64,000 bases of DNA from an uncultured virus (IMG/VR IMGVR_UViG_3300007754_000002) (IMGVR_UViG_3300007754_000002); one strand, 5' to 3'; counted from the stretch's first letter, positions 9,107 to 19,340 are shown. Program-made: numbers and translations. Notes: generated from the letters alone by a model not told the origin.

Positions 9107-11938
9107 ATGACCGACCTGTTCGATTTCATCTCGGACACCCGAGATGCCGTGATGGGGCCCCAGGCGAAAGAGCCGCCGTGGATGGCGGACTGCGTTCTGG
9201 AGTTGGTGACTACTGAGGAGTCTCTGACGGCGTGCATCGACGCCTGCATCGCGGCAGGACGGTACGCCCTGGACCTGGAGGGGACGGGGTTGGATATCCG
9301 GGTGATCGATGGGGCTACCGTCGATAAGATCGTCGGGTTCTGTCTCAGCCCGGATGGGGTTCACGGCTACTACATCCCGGTGAGGCATCGGGTAGACGAC
9401 ACCCCTCACCCGGCAAACATGAGCGTCTCCCTGGTGTTTTCGGAGATGAGGCGATTGGTCGCGTCCGGGTCAGTGGCTATCTTCCACAACGCCAAGTATG
9501 ACCAGGAGCTACTCCAGTTCAACGGTGGCGAGCCGATCGGGACCTGGGAGGAGCCCCATAGTTTCGAGTGTACTCTGACTCTGGGGTACCTGGACAACAG
9601 CAAGCGGGTCCGGAACGGGTTGAAGTACCTCGCAGAGCACCTCCTGGGGTGCAAGATGGTCGAGCTACACGAGCTGTATGACCGCGACTACAAGGGCCCG
9701 AAGGACTTTTCCCTGTTGTCGCCAACAGGGCACGGCGTCCTCTGGTACACCTGCGGGGACGCCCTCTGCACCTACCGGTTGTTTGACTACCTCCACCCAC
9801 GGGTGATCGATCCTGAGGGGGGTCATGGCAAGGGGCAGGGGACCGTCTACCAGATCGAGAAGATGTGCGTCCCGGCGAACCGTTGGATGGAACGCTCCCG
9901 AATCACGGTAGACCCGGAGAAGATTCGTGAGCTGATTTGCCTGGGTCAGAAAGAAGAGTGGGAGGCGGTACTTCAGGTGATTGAGGGGGCGAACGAAATC
10001 CTGGGGCGGGATGTGACTCCCGGCTGGGTGAAGATTCTCCAGGGACAGGTGGACCCTGGACGGACGCATCTCTCAGCCTACGATCCAGACGACCTCTCTG
10101 TCTGGTTCATGGCTCGGGTTCAGGAGGCGAGACAGGAAGCCCTCCGCCTCCACCTGGACCCGATGGAATCAGCCGGTGGGAAGAAATCGAGGATCGCCAC
10201 GGTGGCGAAGACCGTCCCCAAGCTCGCCTGGAAGAAGGGCGAGGAGAGGATGGAAGTGGTCAATTTCCCCCTGGTCTACGACCCGATGAAGCCCGCTACC
10301 CTCGGTCAGATGTTCCGGGAGATGGGCGTCCAGGGTCTCCGCCCGACAGAGAAGTCCGGGCAGGTCAAGACCAGCAAGGACGAGTTGGACCGGGTCGTGA
10401 AAGAAGCTGGGGTTCAGTTCCCCTTCATGGGCAAAGTCAAGAGGTTCCGAGAAGTCCACAAGGCATTGTCCACGTACCTCATTCCGATGTATGAGGATCG
10501 GTATAAGTCGGAAGAGGGGGGTGATGACACCATCAAGATTAACTTCAACGCCACTAAGGTAGATACTGGACGTTTCTCGACGCCGGGGCAGAAGCTTCAC
10601 CGGGGATTGCATGGAGGTACTCGTTTGAACCTCCACGGTCTCCCGGCCGGGTACGATCCGGATCGCCCGGAGTGTATGAAGCGGATTCGGGAGTGTGTAG
10701 TCAGCCGGGAGCACCCGGACGGGACCCAGATGATCCTGGTCGCGGTGGACTATAGCGGGCAAGAGCTTCGGATCACGACCAACCAGACCCGGGAGCCGCT
10801 ATGGATTGCGGAGTTCTTCCGGTGTAGCAAGTGCGGGATGACCTTCGACCAGGGGGATGGGAAGTCTACCCCCCGTCCGCCGCCGCCTTTTTGTCCGACC
10901 TGCGGATCGGACAAGATTGGGGACCTCCACACCCTGACCACTCAGGTGATCTTCGGTAAGAACGTGGTGAATGAGCCGGGGTTCAAGCTCAAGCGGAACA
11001 AGACCAAGGGTGTGAACTTCGGGATTGTCTACGGCGGCGGTCCCCAGGCGGTTCAGGCTGCCGTTGGCGTGAGCAAGGAGGAGGGAGCCCGGATCAAGAG
11101 GCTGTTTGACGAGACCTACAAGGGGCTCTCCCGCGGCCAGAAGAGGCAGGTCAACTTCGCGAAGAAGTTTGGCTATGCCGTGACAGCGTTTGGCCGGCGG
11201 TGTCCTCTCCCGGACATTCACCTCCCCCGTAGAGATCCTGAGACGGGTCGCCCGAACTTCATGTTCATCTCCAAAGCCCTCCGGAACGCGGTGAATCACC
11301 CGGTCCAGGGGACCGGGGGAGATATCGGAAAGCTCGCTATGGCTCTCGTCTACAAGCTGGCGAGGAAGCGTAAGTGGATTGAGCGAGGGTTCCTCCACAT
11401 GCCCATCACCATCCATGATGAGCTGGTCTTTGAGATCCACCCCAGCATCATCGCGGAAGCCCTGCCTCTGATCGTCGAAAACATGGCGTGGGAGACCGTC
11501 AAGAAGTTGAGGTGGCCTGTCCCGCTGACGGTGGATGTGGAGGCGGGGTTCAACTGGTCTGTGCCGTGGAACATCACGGAGTGTCAGCATGGGAAGTCAG
11601 TCTTCCCCCCGGAGCTGAAGCCTTATTTCCCGGAGGTCGAGGCCCCGGAGCCCTCCGATACCCCTTCCGTTGTAGAGGAGATGGCGATCGGGGATGAGGA
11701 GATTCCCCCGGAGGGGCCTTCCGTCAAGAAGGGGGATTCCCTCGTCCTCTTCATCCCCCGAGACAAGATGAAGGCGTCCTTCATGTATGCCCTGGCGGAC
11801 CTGATCATTGAGAAGCAAGGTCGGGGGACGGTCCCTCTCGCGCTGCGATCTGAAGAGGGTGCGAGTCTCCTTGATCGTGAGGTCCGGGTAGGCATTGTAG
11901 AATTCACTGAAGCCTTTGAAGAGCTGCTCAGCCGATGA
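9107..11938 (+). CDS. polA: DNA polymerase family A with 3'-5' exonuclease
   Basis: DLEGTG and FHNAKYD (exonuclease); TGRFS; DYSGQELR (motif A); KGVNFGIVYG (motif B); IHDELVFE (motif C). SD AGGAGG. Confidence 0.93.
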   Translation: MTDLFDFISDTRDAVMGPQAKEPPWMADCVLELVTTEESLTACIDACIAAGRYALDLEGTGLDIRVIDGATVDKIVGFCLSPDGVHGYYIPVRHRVDDTPHPANMSVSLVFSEMRRLVASGSVAIFHNAKYDQELLQFNGGEPIGTWEEPHSFECTLTLGYLDNSKRVRNGLKYLAEHLLGCKMVELHELYDRDYKGPKDFSLLSPTGHGVLWYTCGDALCTYRLFDYLHPRVIDPEGGHGKGQGTVYQIEKMCVPANRWMERSRITVDPEKIRELICLGQKEEWEAVLQVIEGANEILGRDVTPGWVKILQGQVDPGRTHLSAYDPDDLSVWFMARVQEARQEALRLHLDPMESAGGKKSRIATVAKTVPKLAWKKGEERMEVVNFPLVYDPMKPATLGQMFREMGVQGLRPTEKSGQVKTSKDELDRVVKEAGVQFPFMGKVKRFREVHKALSTYLIPMYEDRYKSEEGGDDTIKINFNATKVDTGRFSTPGQKLHRGLHGGTRLNLHGLPAGYDPDRPECMKRIRECVVSREHPDGTQMILVAVDYSGQELRITTNQTREPLWIAEFFRCSKCGMTFDQGDGKSTPRPPPPFCPTCGSDKIGDLHTLTTQVIFGKNVVNEPGFKLKRNKTKGVNFGIVYGGGPQAVQAAVGVSKEEGARIKRLFDETYKGLSRGQKRQVNFAKKFGYAVTAFGRRCPLPDIHLPRRDPETGRPNFMFISKALRNAVNHPVQGTGGDIGKLAMALVYKLARKRKWIERGFLHMPITIHDELVFEIHPSIIAEALPLIVENMAWETVKKLRWPVPLTVDVEAGFNWSVPWNITECQHGKSVFPPELKPYFPEVEAPEPSDTPSVVEEMAIGDEEIPPEGPSVKKGDSLVLFIPRDKMKASFMYALADLIIEKQGRGTVPLALRSEEGASLLDREVRVGIVEFTEAFEELLSR

Positions 11939-12333
11939 CTGATGACCTGGACACCCGAGTGAGGCGGCTGGAAGCCATGATGGGGCTGTCTCCTTTCACG
12001 ACCTGCCAGGGGGATCCGGATCTCTGTGGGGAAGCTTGCACCCCCCAAAGTTGCCCGGTCCAGAACAACCCCCTTCAAGATGCCCTGACCCGCCTGGAAC
12101 ACCTTCAAGCTTGGCAAGAGCACCTGAGGTTTCTCCTGGGGGGTGCCGGAGATGAGGAGTTGGAAGCCGCCTTCCGACGGGCGAAGGTCTATGCCCGCCT
12201 GTGTTCCCTAGTCCATCGTCGGCAGAAGCAGGAGGTTGACTCGACGATTCCTGTTCTACAGCAGGCAGCCCGTGAGAACATCCGGGAGTTGGACGCAGAG
12301 GTCAGGGATCTCCTGGGGGAGCTGTGTCCGTGA
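11935..12333 (+). CDS. Hypothetical protein
   Basis: ATGA overlap with polA. Confidence 0.55.
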   Translation: MTDDLDTRVRRLEAMMGLSPFTTCQGDPDLCGEACTPQSCPVQNNPLQDALTRLEHLQAWQEHLRFLLGGAGDEELEAAFRRAKVYARLCSLVHRRQKQEVDSTIPVLQQAARENIRELDAEVRDLLGELCP

Positions 12334-13172
12334 AAGACTTCTTCAACGAGTGCTATGACAACAAGGCTCGGCGGCTTGGTTCCCCCGAAGCTTTCGGGCA
12401 GGCGTTCTGCCGGCGGTGCCGCAATCAGGATTGCCGGCGGGCGGGCAAGGGTCGCACGGAGTGGCTCCAGCGAGTCCTCACTCAGGAAGAGCGACTCCTG
12501 AGGAACCCGAACTTCGCTGACCCCAATGACCCCGCTTTTGAGGAGATCCGCCGCCTCCCTTTTAAAGACATGTTCCGAGAGGCGGTACGCCAGGAGATCG
12601 CGGACATTCGTCAGGATTGGGAGCCTGTTACCGGGGCTGATGTAGCGGCATTTGCACAGGGGGCTTTCCAGAACCGGACACCGGAGGCTTTCCAGACGGC
12701 CCCGGAGGACGTCGAGGTTCCGGCCTCCGAAGACGATGAGATCGTGATCGAGTGGGAGGTTCGGATCAAGGGCTCCAGCCCGCGGACCACCTATGACGTG
12801 ACCCTCGGTGGCCTAGCCGGTCGGCCTCCTGTCTGGTCTTGTCCCTGCAAGGGGTTCCAATACGGGGGCGGGGCTCCCTGTAAGCACATCCAACAAGCGA
12901 AGAAGGCTTACGCCCGCTCTCGTCAATTTGAACCGGAGAATGAGGTTGAGCCCTCGGTTCCTCGGGTACCTCCTCCCCGGCACCCGAGGAAGTTCCCCAA
13001 GGCCGGGAACACTCAGACGCCTCCTGGCGGCTTGATGGTCGGAGGCGGGCCTGTACCCCCTCAAGAGCCTGAAACCGACCCCTGGGCGGTCCCTGAGCCG
13101 AAGGGGCGGGTGATTCCAGTAGGGGGGCGGGTAAGGATGGGGCTCAAGTCGGGAGACAAGAAAGATGACTAG
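12324..13172 (+). CDS. SWIM zinc-finger protein
   Basis: WSCPCKGF...CKHI. Confidence 0.65.
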   Translation: MSVKDFFNECYDNKARRLGSPEAFGQAFCRRCRNQDCRRAGKGRTEWLQRVLTQEERLLRNPNFADPNDPAFEEIRRLPFKDMFREAVRQEIADIRQDWEPVTGADVAAFAQGAFQNRTPEAFQTAPEDVEVPASEDDEIVIEWEVRIKGSSPRTTYDVTLGGLAGRPPVWSCPCKGFQYGGGAPCKHIQQAKKAYARSRQFEPENEVEPSVPRVPPPRHPRKFPKAGNTQTPPGGLMVGGGPVPPQEPETDPWAVPEPKGRVIPVGGRVRMGLKSGDKKDD

Positions 13173-14478
13173 CCCTGTCGTGCTCTCCAGGGGAATCGGG
13201 GACGACCCTCCAACAGCGAGCCTCTACTATGGCATCGGGGCTCGGGCTGGATTGAAGCTCCTCCCTTCGGATTCGGTCCAGGCGATCGTGACCTCCCCTC
13301 CTTACTGGAGCCTCCGGGATTATGGAACCGACCCCGAGGTGTGGGGTGGGGACCCCGCGTGCGACCACCAGTGGATAGAGTCCGCCTGCACCTGCGGTGC
13401 CTGGAAGGGCCAGCTCGGGCTAGAGCCCACACCGGATCTCTTCGTCCGGAATTTGGTGGAGATCTTCCGCGAGGCTCGGAGAGTTCTTCGTCCTGATGGT
13501 GTCCTCTGGTTGAATCTGGGGGACAGCTATGCAGGCGGGGGGCGAGCGGGAAAGAACCCGGAGTATCACCAGCGGCATACGATGTTCGGGAAGACGACGG
13601 ACCCGAAGCACACGGGCAAGTTCGGTCTGCCTCAGAAGGTCCCGAAGGGGTTGAAGCCGAAAGACCTCATCGGGATCCCCTGGCGGGTCGCGCTGGCTCT
13701 CCAGGCAGATGGGTGGTGGCTTCGGTCAGACGTCCCCTGGATAAAAAAGAACCCGATGCCCAGCTCGGTGACCGATCGCCCGGTATCCGGTCACGAATAC
13801 TGGTTCCTGCTCTCCAAGAGCCGTCGCTATTTCTATGACCATGTCGCGGTCAGAGTGGATTTCCAGAGCCGCCACGGTGGAGCAGACGGGGCGAAGAAGG
13901 CTTCGGAACGGAATGTTGGAGGGAGGACGGACGGCTACACCAAGCCCAACGGGATTGACCCCAGCAAGAACGGCGGGCGGAATTTCCGTAGCGGGGATTC
14001 CTGGGTGACTTCCATGAAAATCGCGGAGGAGCATTGCAGAGCATATGCCGATCACCTCTCCCGGATCAGGAGAGACGGGGGGTTGCTCCATGACCCGGAC
14101 GGCTCCCCCATCGCGATCTATTCGAGCTTGAAGGCGTACAAGGGGGCTCACTTCGCCGTCTTCAACGAGGAAGTGATCACCCCACTCCTCCAGGCATCAG
14201 CCTCAGCCGGGGGTTGTTGTTCTGCTTGCGGGCTGCCCTATGAGCGGGGCGAGGGGTGGGTCCCGGGGTGCTCGTGTGAGGCTCCGCGGGGACGAAGCCT
14301 CATCTTGGATCCGTTCAGCGGGTCCGCGACGACAGGGTTGGTGTCTTTCAACCTCGGGTTGAACTATATCGGGATCGATCGGAATCAGGACTACCTGGAT
14401 CTGGCTAAGGCCCGCTTGAACCACCGGAAGCCGCCTGAGCCTTCTGGGTTCGGGGAGATAAGGGGCTTGCTGGAATGA
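13165..14478 (+). CDS. DNA methyltransferase, N4/N6 beta class
   Basis: TSPPYW, LNLGDSY, AHFAVF, LDPFSGSATT. Confidence 0.9.
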   Translation: MTSPVVLSRGIGDDPPTASLYYGIGARAGLKLLPSDSVQAIVTSPPYWSLRDYGTDPEVWGGDPACDHQWIESACTCGAWKGQLGLEPTPDLFVRNLVEIFREARRVLRPDGVLWLNLGDSYAGGGRAGKNPEYHQRHTMFGKTTDPKHTGKFGLPQKVPKGLKPKDLIGIPWRVALALQADGWWLRSDVPWIKKNPMPSSVTDRPVSGHEYWFLLSKSRRYFYDHVAVRVDFQSRHGGADGAKKASERNVGGRTDGYTKPNGIDPSKNGGRNFRSGDSWVTSMKIAEEHCRAYADHLSRIRRDGGLLHDPDGSPIAIYSSLKAYKGAHFAVFNEEVITPLLQASASAGGCCSACGLPYERGEGWVPGCSCEAPRGRSLILDPFSGSATTGLVSFNLGLNYIGIDRNQDYLDLAKARLNHRKPPEPSGFGEIRGLLE

Positions 14479-15929
14479 AGCCTGAGATTCTCCGTCTCCC
14501 GATTGGGGATGACGCCCCTACGGCAACCCTCTATTACGGGATCTCTGTGCTAGAGGGGCTTCGGTTACTGAAGACTGCGAGCGTCCATACGATCGTGACC
14601 TCTCCTCCCTATTGGGGCTTGCGGGACTACGGGGTCCCCCACCACCCGTGGCCGGCGGTAGATTTCCTACCGATGCCTGGACTTCCGCCAGAAACGACCC
14701 TGTCTATTCCGGACCAAACAGGGTGTCTGGGGTTGGAGCCTGATCTCTGGGCCTACGTCGGGCATCTCGTGGCAGTGTTTCGAGAGCTGCGGCGAGTATT
14801 GCGGGAGGACGGGACGGTATGGCTAAATCTTGGAGATTCCTACCAATCGAGCAAAGGCGTTCCAGGTGGGAGCCGACGTTGGAAGACAGAAGAGAATGAT
14901 GACCTGAAGAATCCTGCGAGGCGTTTTGGACTCCGCCCTCAGGATATGGTTTCTTCCTGGCGGAAGCCTAAGGATCTTTGTTTTGTGCCTGAGCGCGTTG
15001 TCCTCGCCCTCCAAGCGGAGGGCTGGTACGTCCGCGCAAAAATCCCGTGGGTGAAGCGGAGTGCTATGCCAGGATCCCAGCAAGACCGCCCAACGGTAGC
15101 GACCGAATGGATCTACCTACTCGCGCATCCCGACAGCGGCGGGCGGTATTTTTATGACCAGGAAGCGGTAAAAGAAGCCTCTTCCTGGTCGAGGAAAAAC
15201 GACCCGAAGTGGGGTACGCAACGCACCATAACAAACGCGAAGAAAGGTTGCGGGAACCGCAACGCCCACAGCAACGGAATGGCGGGTTGGCAGCCAAGCC
15301 ACGGGCGAATTCGCCGCGACAGCGATTGGTTCTATGATTCTATCACGGCGCTTCTAGCGGAGAAGTCGGAGGATCGGATTCAGGGCCTCATTGAGGCCCC
15401 GGAGTCCGGTCATCCTATTGCTTTCTGCGTCAACCCGCGGCCTTTCAAGAGTGCTCACTTCGCCGTCTTCCCGCCAACGCTCGTAAAGCCGATGATCCAG
15501 GCTTCCACTTCAAAAAAGGGAGTTTGCGAGGCGTGCGGAACTCCCTGGCTTCGCCACACCACGAGAAGCAAGATTACTTCGGATCTTGCTATCAGCAGCC
15601 GCAGGAAAGACCTGCATGGCCCTACTTACCGCCGTCATTCTCAGAGCATTCCAGGCGGGCAATCCCTTGTGTCAACTGAAGTAGTTTCCTCAGATTGGGA
15701 GCCCGGGTGTGAGTGCGGTGCTTCTATTGCTAGGGCTTCGATACTCGATCCCTTCAGCGGCTCGGGGACGACGGGGATGGTAGCCCTTCAAGAAGGGAGG
15801 AACTACATCGGGATCGACCTGAACCCTGACTATCTGCCCCTAGCCAAGACTCGCATTCTGGGGAAGCACGCTCGTGTGTCTCCCAAGCAGGACTCGGAGA
15901 GCCTCGGCGGTATTCTGGATTTGTTGTAG
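14475..15929 (+). CDS. DNA methyltransferase, N4/N6 beta class (tandem paralog)
   Basis: TSPPYW, LNLGDSY, AHFAVFP, LDPFSGSGTT. Confidence 0.9.
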   Translation: MKPEILRLPIGDDAPTATLYYGISVLEGLRLLKTASVHTIVTSPPYWGLRDYGVPHHPWPAVDFLPMPGLPPETTLSIPDQTGCLGLEPDLWAYVGHLVAVFRELRRVLREDGTVWLNLGDSYQSSKGVPGGSRRWKTEENDDLKNPARRFGLRPQDMVSSWRKPKDLCFVPERVVLALQAEGWYVRAKIPWVKRSAMPGSQQDRPTVATEWIYLLAHPDSGGRYFYDQEAVKEASSWSRKNDPKWGTQRTITNAKKGCGNRNAHSNGMAGWQPSHGRIRRDSDWFYDSITALLAEKSEDRIQGLIEAPESGHPIAFCVNPRPFKSAHFAVFPPTLVKPMIQASTSKKGVCEACGTPWLRHTTRSKITSDLAISSRRKDLHGPTYRRHSQSIPGGQSLVSTEVVSSDWEPGCECGASIARASILDPFSGSGTTGMVALQEGRNYIGIDLNPDYLPLAKTRILGKHARVSPKQDSESLGGILDLL

Positions 15930-15940
15930 CGAGGCATCTC

Positions 15941-17140
15941 ATGTCCCTTTCAGAAATCAACGCCGCAGTTCAAGATCTCGTGAAAGGTCTCGCGGAGACC
16001 CACCCGGAGATCGGAGAGGTGCTCGCCGCTGCCCGTGCGGGTGGTCTGACTGAGGCGGAGGCGATGGCTCGTCTCATCAGGTTGGTCCGGGAGAACCCCG
16101 AGATGGCGTCGTCGATCGAGGAGATCGGGATGCGGGCTTTCCAACCTCTCAGGGAGCCCGAGACCGCGATGGTCCCGGTCGGTGAGACCAGGGTTGTCGT
16201 TGTGGACGGGGAAGAGGTCCCTCTGGTCGTTCAGACTGGCCCGGGGCTGCCCCGGCTCAACCCTCATTATGAGGCGGCTCTCGCGGAGAGGCTTCAGTTC
16301 GACGGTGATATCCCGGAAGCCAGGACCGGCTCGCTCCCGCCTGGAAGTACCCCCGCGGTTCCGGTTGAGACTTCGGCTCGGAACATGGCTGCGATCGGGA
16401 AGATGCTGGAGACAGCATCGGAAGAAGTCATGGAGGAGCTAGACGAAGTTCGGGAATCGATCGCGGTTCGCCTCCAGGCAGAGCAGGAAGCTACGACCCC
16501 CCGAATCGGGGAAGGCTTTCACAAGACCGGGGCTCCTGTCCCCGCCCAGGTCACCACCGCGGAGCTGTGGGAAGCGAAGGACGACGTTGTCGCGAGGGCC
16601 CAACGTGGGGCCCAGGTGGCGGTCGGTGTGGAAGCCGAGAAGGGCTTCATCGATTTGGTTCGGGAGCATGAGCCTACCGGCTATCGAACCGGGGAGACGC
16701 CGGATCTCCTCCCCGTCCAGACGCCCTCAGGGGCCTCCCTGGCGGCTCTTTCCCCCGAGGACAGGAACCAAGCTGCGTGGAGAGCCTTGAGCACCACACA
16801 AGGGCGTAGGACGGCACTACGGGGCATTCAGGAGATGATCGCGATCGGGCTGGCGAACGAGGGCATCGAGCTGGTCGTCAAGACTCACCCTACGGGGCGG
16901 CTGGCCTCTGATGACGAAGTCCTGGTGTATGAAGACTGGAAGGTGGAGCTGGCGGGGCCGAAGGGCACCCAGGGCAACTTCGCGTTTATGGACACGGCTG
17001 CGAAGGTTCTGCTTTCCAAGCTGGTGAAGCATGACCTGAAGGGGCTCCCCGGGTCTGCTCGGCTGGAGGTTTTGGCTGTCAACACGGTGTCGATCAATCA
17101 GGTCGGCTGGGCGGCGAGGATTGTCGTCAAGAAGGCTTGA
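15941..17140 (+). CDS. Hypothetical protein
   Basis: 399-aa ORF with SD GAGG. Confidence 0.7.
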   Translation: MSLSEINAAVQDLVKGLAETHPEIGEVLAAARAGGLTEAEAMARLIRLVRENPEMASSIEEIGMRAFQPLREPETAMVPVGETRVVVVDGEEVPLVVQTGPGLPRLNPHYEAALAERLQFDGDIPEARTGSLPPGSTPAVPVETSARNMAAIGKMLETASEEVMEELDEVRESIAVRLQAEQEATTPRIGEGFHKTGAPVPAQVTTAELWEAKDDVVARAQRGAQVAVGVEAEKGFIDLVREHEPTGYRTGETPDLLPVQTPSGASLAALSPEDRNQAAWRALSTTQGRRTALRGIQEMIAIGLANEGIELVVKTHPTGRLASDDEVLVYEDWKVELAGPKGTQGNFAFMDTAAKVLLSKLVKHDLKGLPGSARLEVLAVNTVSINQVGWAARIVVKKA

Positions 17141-17539
17141 ATGACCTTATGGACGTTTCGATTCCAAGGCGGGACCTCGTTTACCCTCCGCGTGCCCTGG
17201 AATCCTCCGGTTGAGCACGACGGCTACCTGACGGTAGCCCATCTCCTCTGCTCGGAAGAGATGTATCAGGTGGTCCTTCGATTTGTTGAAGGACAGGGCA
17301 CCCGGGTTCTCTCTCACAGTGAAGGTCAGACGGACGAGCAGGCGGAAGAGCGGAGGCGTCTCCTGGGGGACCCGGATGCTCTGTTCCCTTGCGTGAAATG
17401 CCCTGGGTGTTTCTGGTTTGACCCGACTCTTCCGGGGATGTGCGGGGCGAAGGAGTGGGAGCCCAGCTTTCGGGAAGCTGCGGTAAGGGTTCATGAGCGG
17501 GCTCGTGAAGGTCTCGCTGAGTGCCCGGTTTTACCTTGA
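17141..17539 (+). CDS. Hypothetical protein
   Basis: Abuts the upstream stop; CVKCPGC. Confidence 0.5.
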   Translation: MTLWTFRFQGGTSFTLRVPWNPPVEHDGYLTVAHLLCSEEMYQVVLRFVEGQGTRVLSHSEGQTDEQAEERRRLLGDPDALFPCVKCPGCFWFDPTLPGMCGAKEWEPSFREAAVRVHERAREGLAECPVLP

Positions 17540-18021
17540 TCGTCATCCACCTTTGCCGGAAACCCCTGGTGAGAAACACCGTGACGGCGAGTGTCTTGGA
17601 AGAAGGGGCGGGGGCGTTGAATATTGATGCCTCTCGGGTTGGCACCGAGAGAACGACGACCAGTATCTCCGGGGGGAGGGGGTTCGGGAGTAACTTTCGG
17701 GATGACGGCTGGGTACCACCATCCGAGAGCAGCCTCCGGGAGAATCCTCCGGGGAGGTGGCCTGCCAATCTCATTCTCCAACACGCCACGGGGTGTCGGC
17801 TGACAGGGACCAGGGAGGTTCCTGGGATCAGCGGGGGGTCTACTTCAGGTCACAACGCTCTGGGGCAGGGCTCGGGATGGAATTCCCACCGGAACCGGGA
17901 GACTCCTATCCGTCGGTCTGAGACCGAGGTGGTCCCCGTCTGGGAGTGCGGAGAGGGTTGCGTGGTAGCGGACTTCAACGCAGACCCCAGATTTTTCAAG
18001 CAGGTGAAGCGTGAACCCTGA
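17536..18021 (+). CDS. Stand-alone DNA-methyltransferase insert-like protein (paralog of 7990)
   Basis: VIHLCRKPL...GALNIDASRV...GRWPANLILQH...RFFKQV. Confidence 0.65.
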   Translation: MIVIHLCRKPLVRNTVTASVLEEGAGALNIDASRVGTERTTTSISGGRGFGSNFRDDGWVPPSESSLRENPPGRWPANLILQHATGCRLTGTREVPGISGGSTSGHNALGQGSGWNSHRNRETPIRRSETEVVPVWECGEGCVVADFNADPRFFKQVKREP

Positions 18022-18916
18022 CAAGTATCTGATTGGCGATTCAACGGACCTTCTGAAGCAAGTTCCTCGCAGCTCGGTAGGCTTGATCGTGACCGACCCC
18101 GCCTACTCCTCCCTGGAGAAGTGGAGGAAGATGGGGACGACGACGAGACTGAAGCAGTCGAAGTCGTCGAGCAATGATTGGTTTCCCACGGTGGAGAACG
18201 ACTACTTCGGGCCGTTCTTCAAGGAGTGCTTCCGGGCTCTTCGTCGTCCTGGGCACATCTACGTCATGTGTGACGACGAGATGAGCTACATCCTCCGGCC
18301 TGCCCTGGAGGCGGCGGGGTTCGCTTACCGGAAGAAGATCATCTGGCGGAAGGTGGGGAAGGACGAACCGATCAACTGCCCTCACTGCGGCGGCGTAGCG
18401 GCGACTCGCCAGCGACCGGGTCAACCGGGAATGGGCTACCCCTTCCGCAGCTCTTACGAAGTAGTTCTTCTAGCTGAGAAGGGGAAGCGACCCGCACCGA
18501 GAGATCGAAAGGTCAGGGACTTCATCGACGTGGATGACTGGCCCGATTGGGAATCTCTCTGGCTCCCGGAGTACATTAATATATTAACTGATGTGGTGGA
18601 AATACCCCGCATCAAGCCTTCCAGGGGCGGGAAAGCAGTATACCCCACTCAGAAGCCCTTGTCGCTCCTCCGAACGTTGATTCGGCAGTCGTCAAACCCG
18701 GGAGACCTCGTCCTCGACCCCTTCGCGGGATCAGGGAGCACTCTCCTCGCTGCGGCTCAAGAGGACCGAGATTACCTGGGATTCGACATTTCGACGGGGG
18801 CGAGAGACTTTTGTAGGGCTCGCCAGGAGTGGATTGGGGTGGGGGAGGTCGAAAGAACCGAGGCTAGCGTAGGAGGGGTGAGCGAATCTGATTTCACGAG
18901 CTTGTTTGGAGGCTGA
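18011..18916 (+). CDS. DNA methyltransferase, N6/N4 beta class
   Basis: TDPAY, YPTQKP, LDPFAGSGST; CPHC insert. Confidence 0.88.
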   Translation: MNPDKYLIGDSTDLLKQVPRSSVGLIVTDPAYSSLEKWRKMGTTTRLKQSKSSSNDWFPTVENDYFGPFFKECFRALRRPGHIYVMCDDEMSYILRPALEAAGFAYRKKIIWRKVGKDEPINCPHCGGVAATRQRPGQPGMGYPFRSSYEVVLLAEKGKRPAPRDRKVRDFIDVDDWPDWESLWLPEYINILTDVVEIPRIKPSRGGKAVYPTQKPLSLLRTLIRQSSNPGDLVLDPFAGSGSTLLAAAQEDRDYLGFDISTGARDFCRARQEWIGVGEVERTEASVGGVSESDFTSLFGG

Positions 18917-18917
18917 G

Positions 18918-19340
18918 ATGAATCGCCGGTCTCTTCTGAAGACCCGTCAGGACCGCCTTCAGGCGGAAGGCCCCGAGGCGGTCCTCCCTTCCGAATGGGT
19001 CTCCCGGATTCGGGTTCAGATGAGGAGAATCAACCCTGTCGTCTCCCCTGTCGATCTGGAAATTGGCATCAAAAGCTGTGTGGGCTCCATCCTCTTTGAG
19101 GCGTACTACACAGGCGCCGACGAACCCGAAGAAGAACACCTGAAAGCGGTGCTCAATCGGTTGCAGTCAATCCAGGGGCTCGCGACGGGGCTCTCCCGAG
19201 AAGAGGTATTCGTCGCGACTCTCCAGAACCTCGTCCACGAGGCTGAGGTTCTGGGCGAGAAGAAGCCTGACTACCTCTTGGTCCGAGAGATCCTCAAAGC
19301 CGTGTCAATGCTATCAGTCAAGCTGAAGGAGTCGAAGTGA
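18918..19340 (+). CDS. Hypothetical protein
   Basis: ORF in the operon. Confidence 0.5.
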   Translation: MNRRSLLKTRQDRLQAEGPEAVLPSEWVSRIRVQMRRINPVVSPVDLEIGIKSCVGSILFEAYYTGADEPEEEHLKAVLNRLQSIQGLATGLSREEVFVATLQNLVHEAEVLGEKKPDYLLVREILKAVSMLSVKLKESK

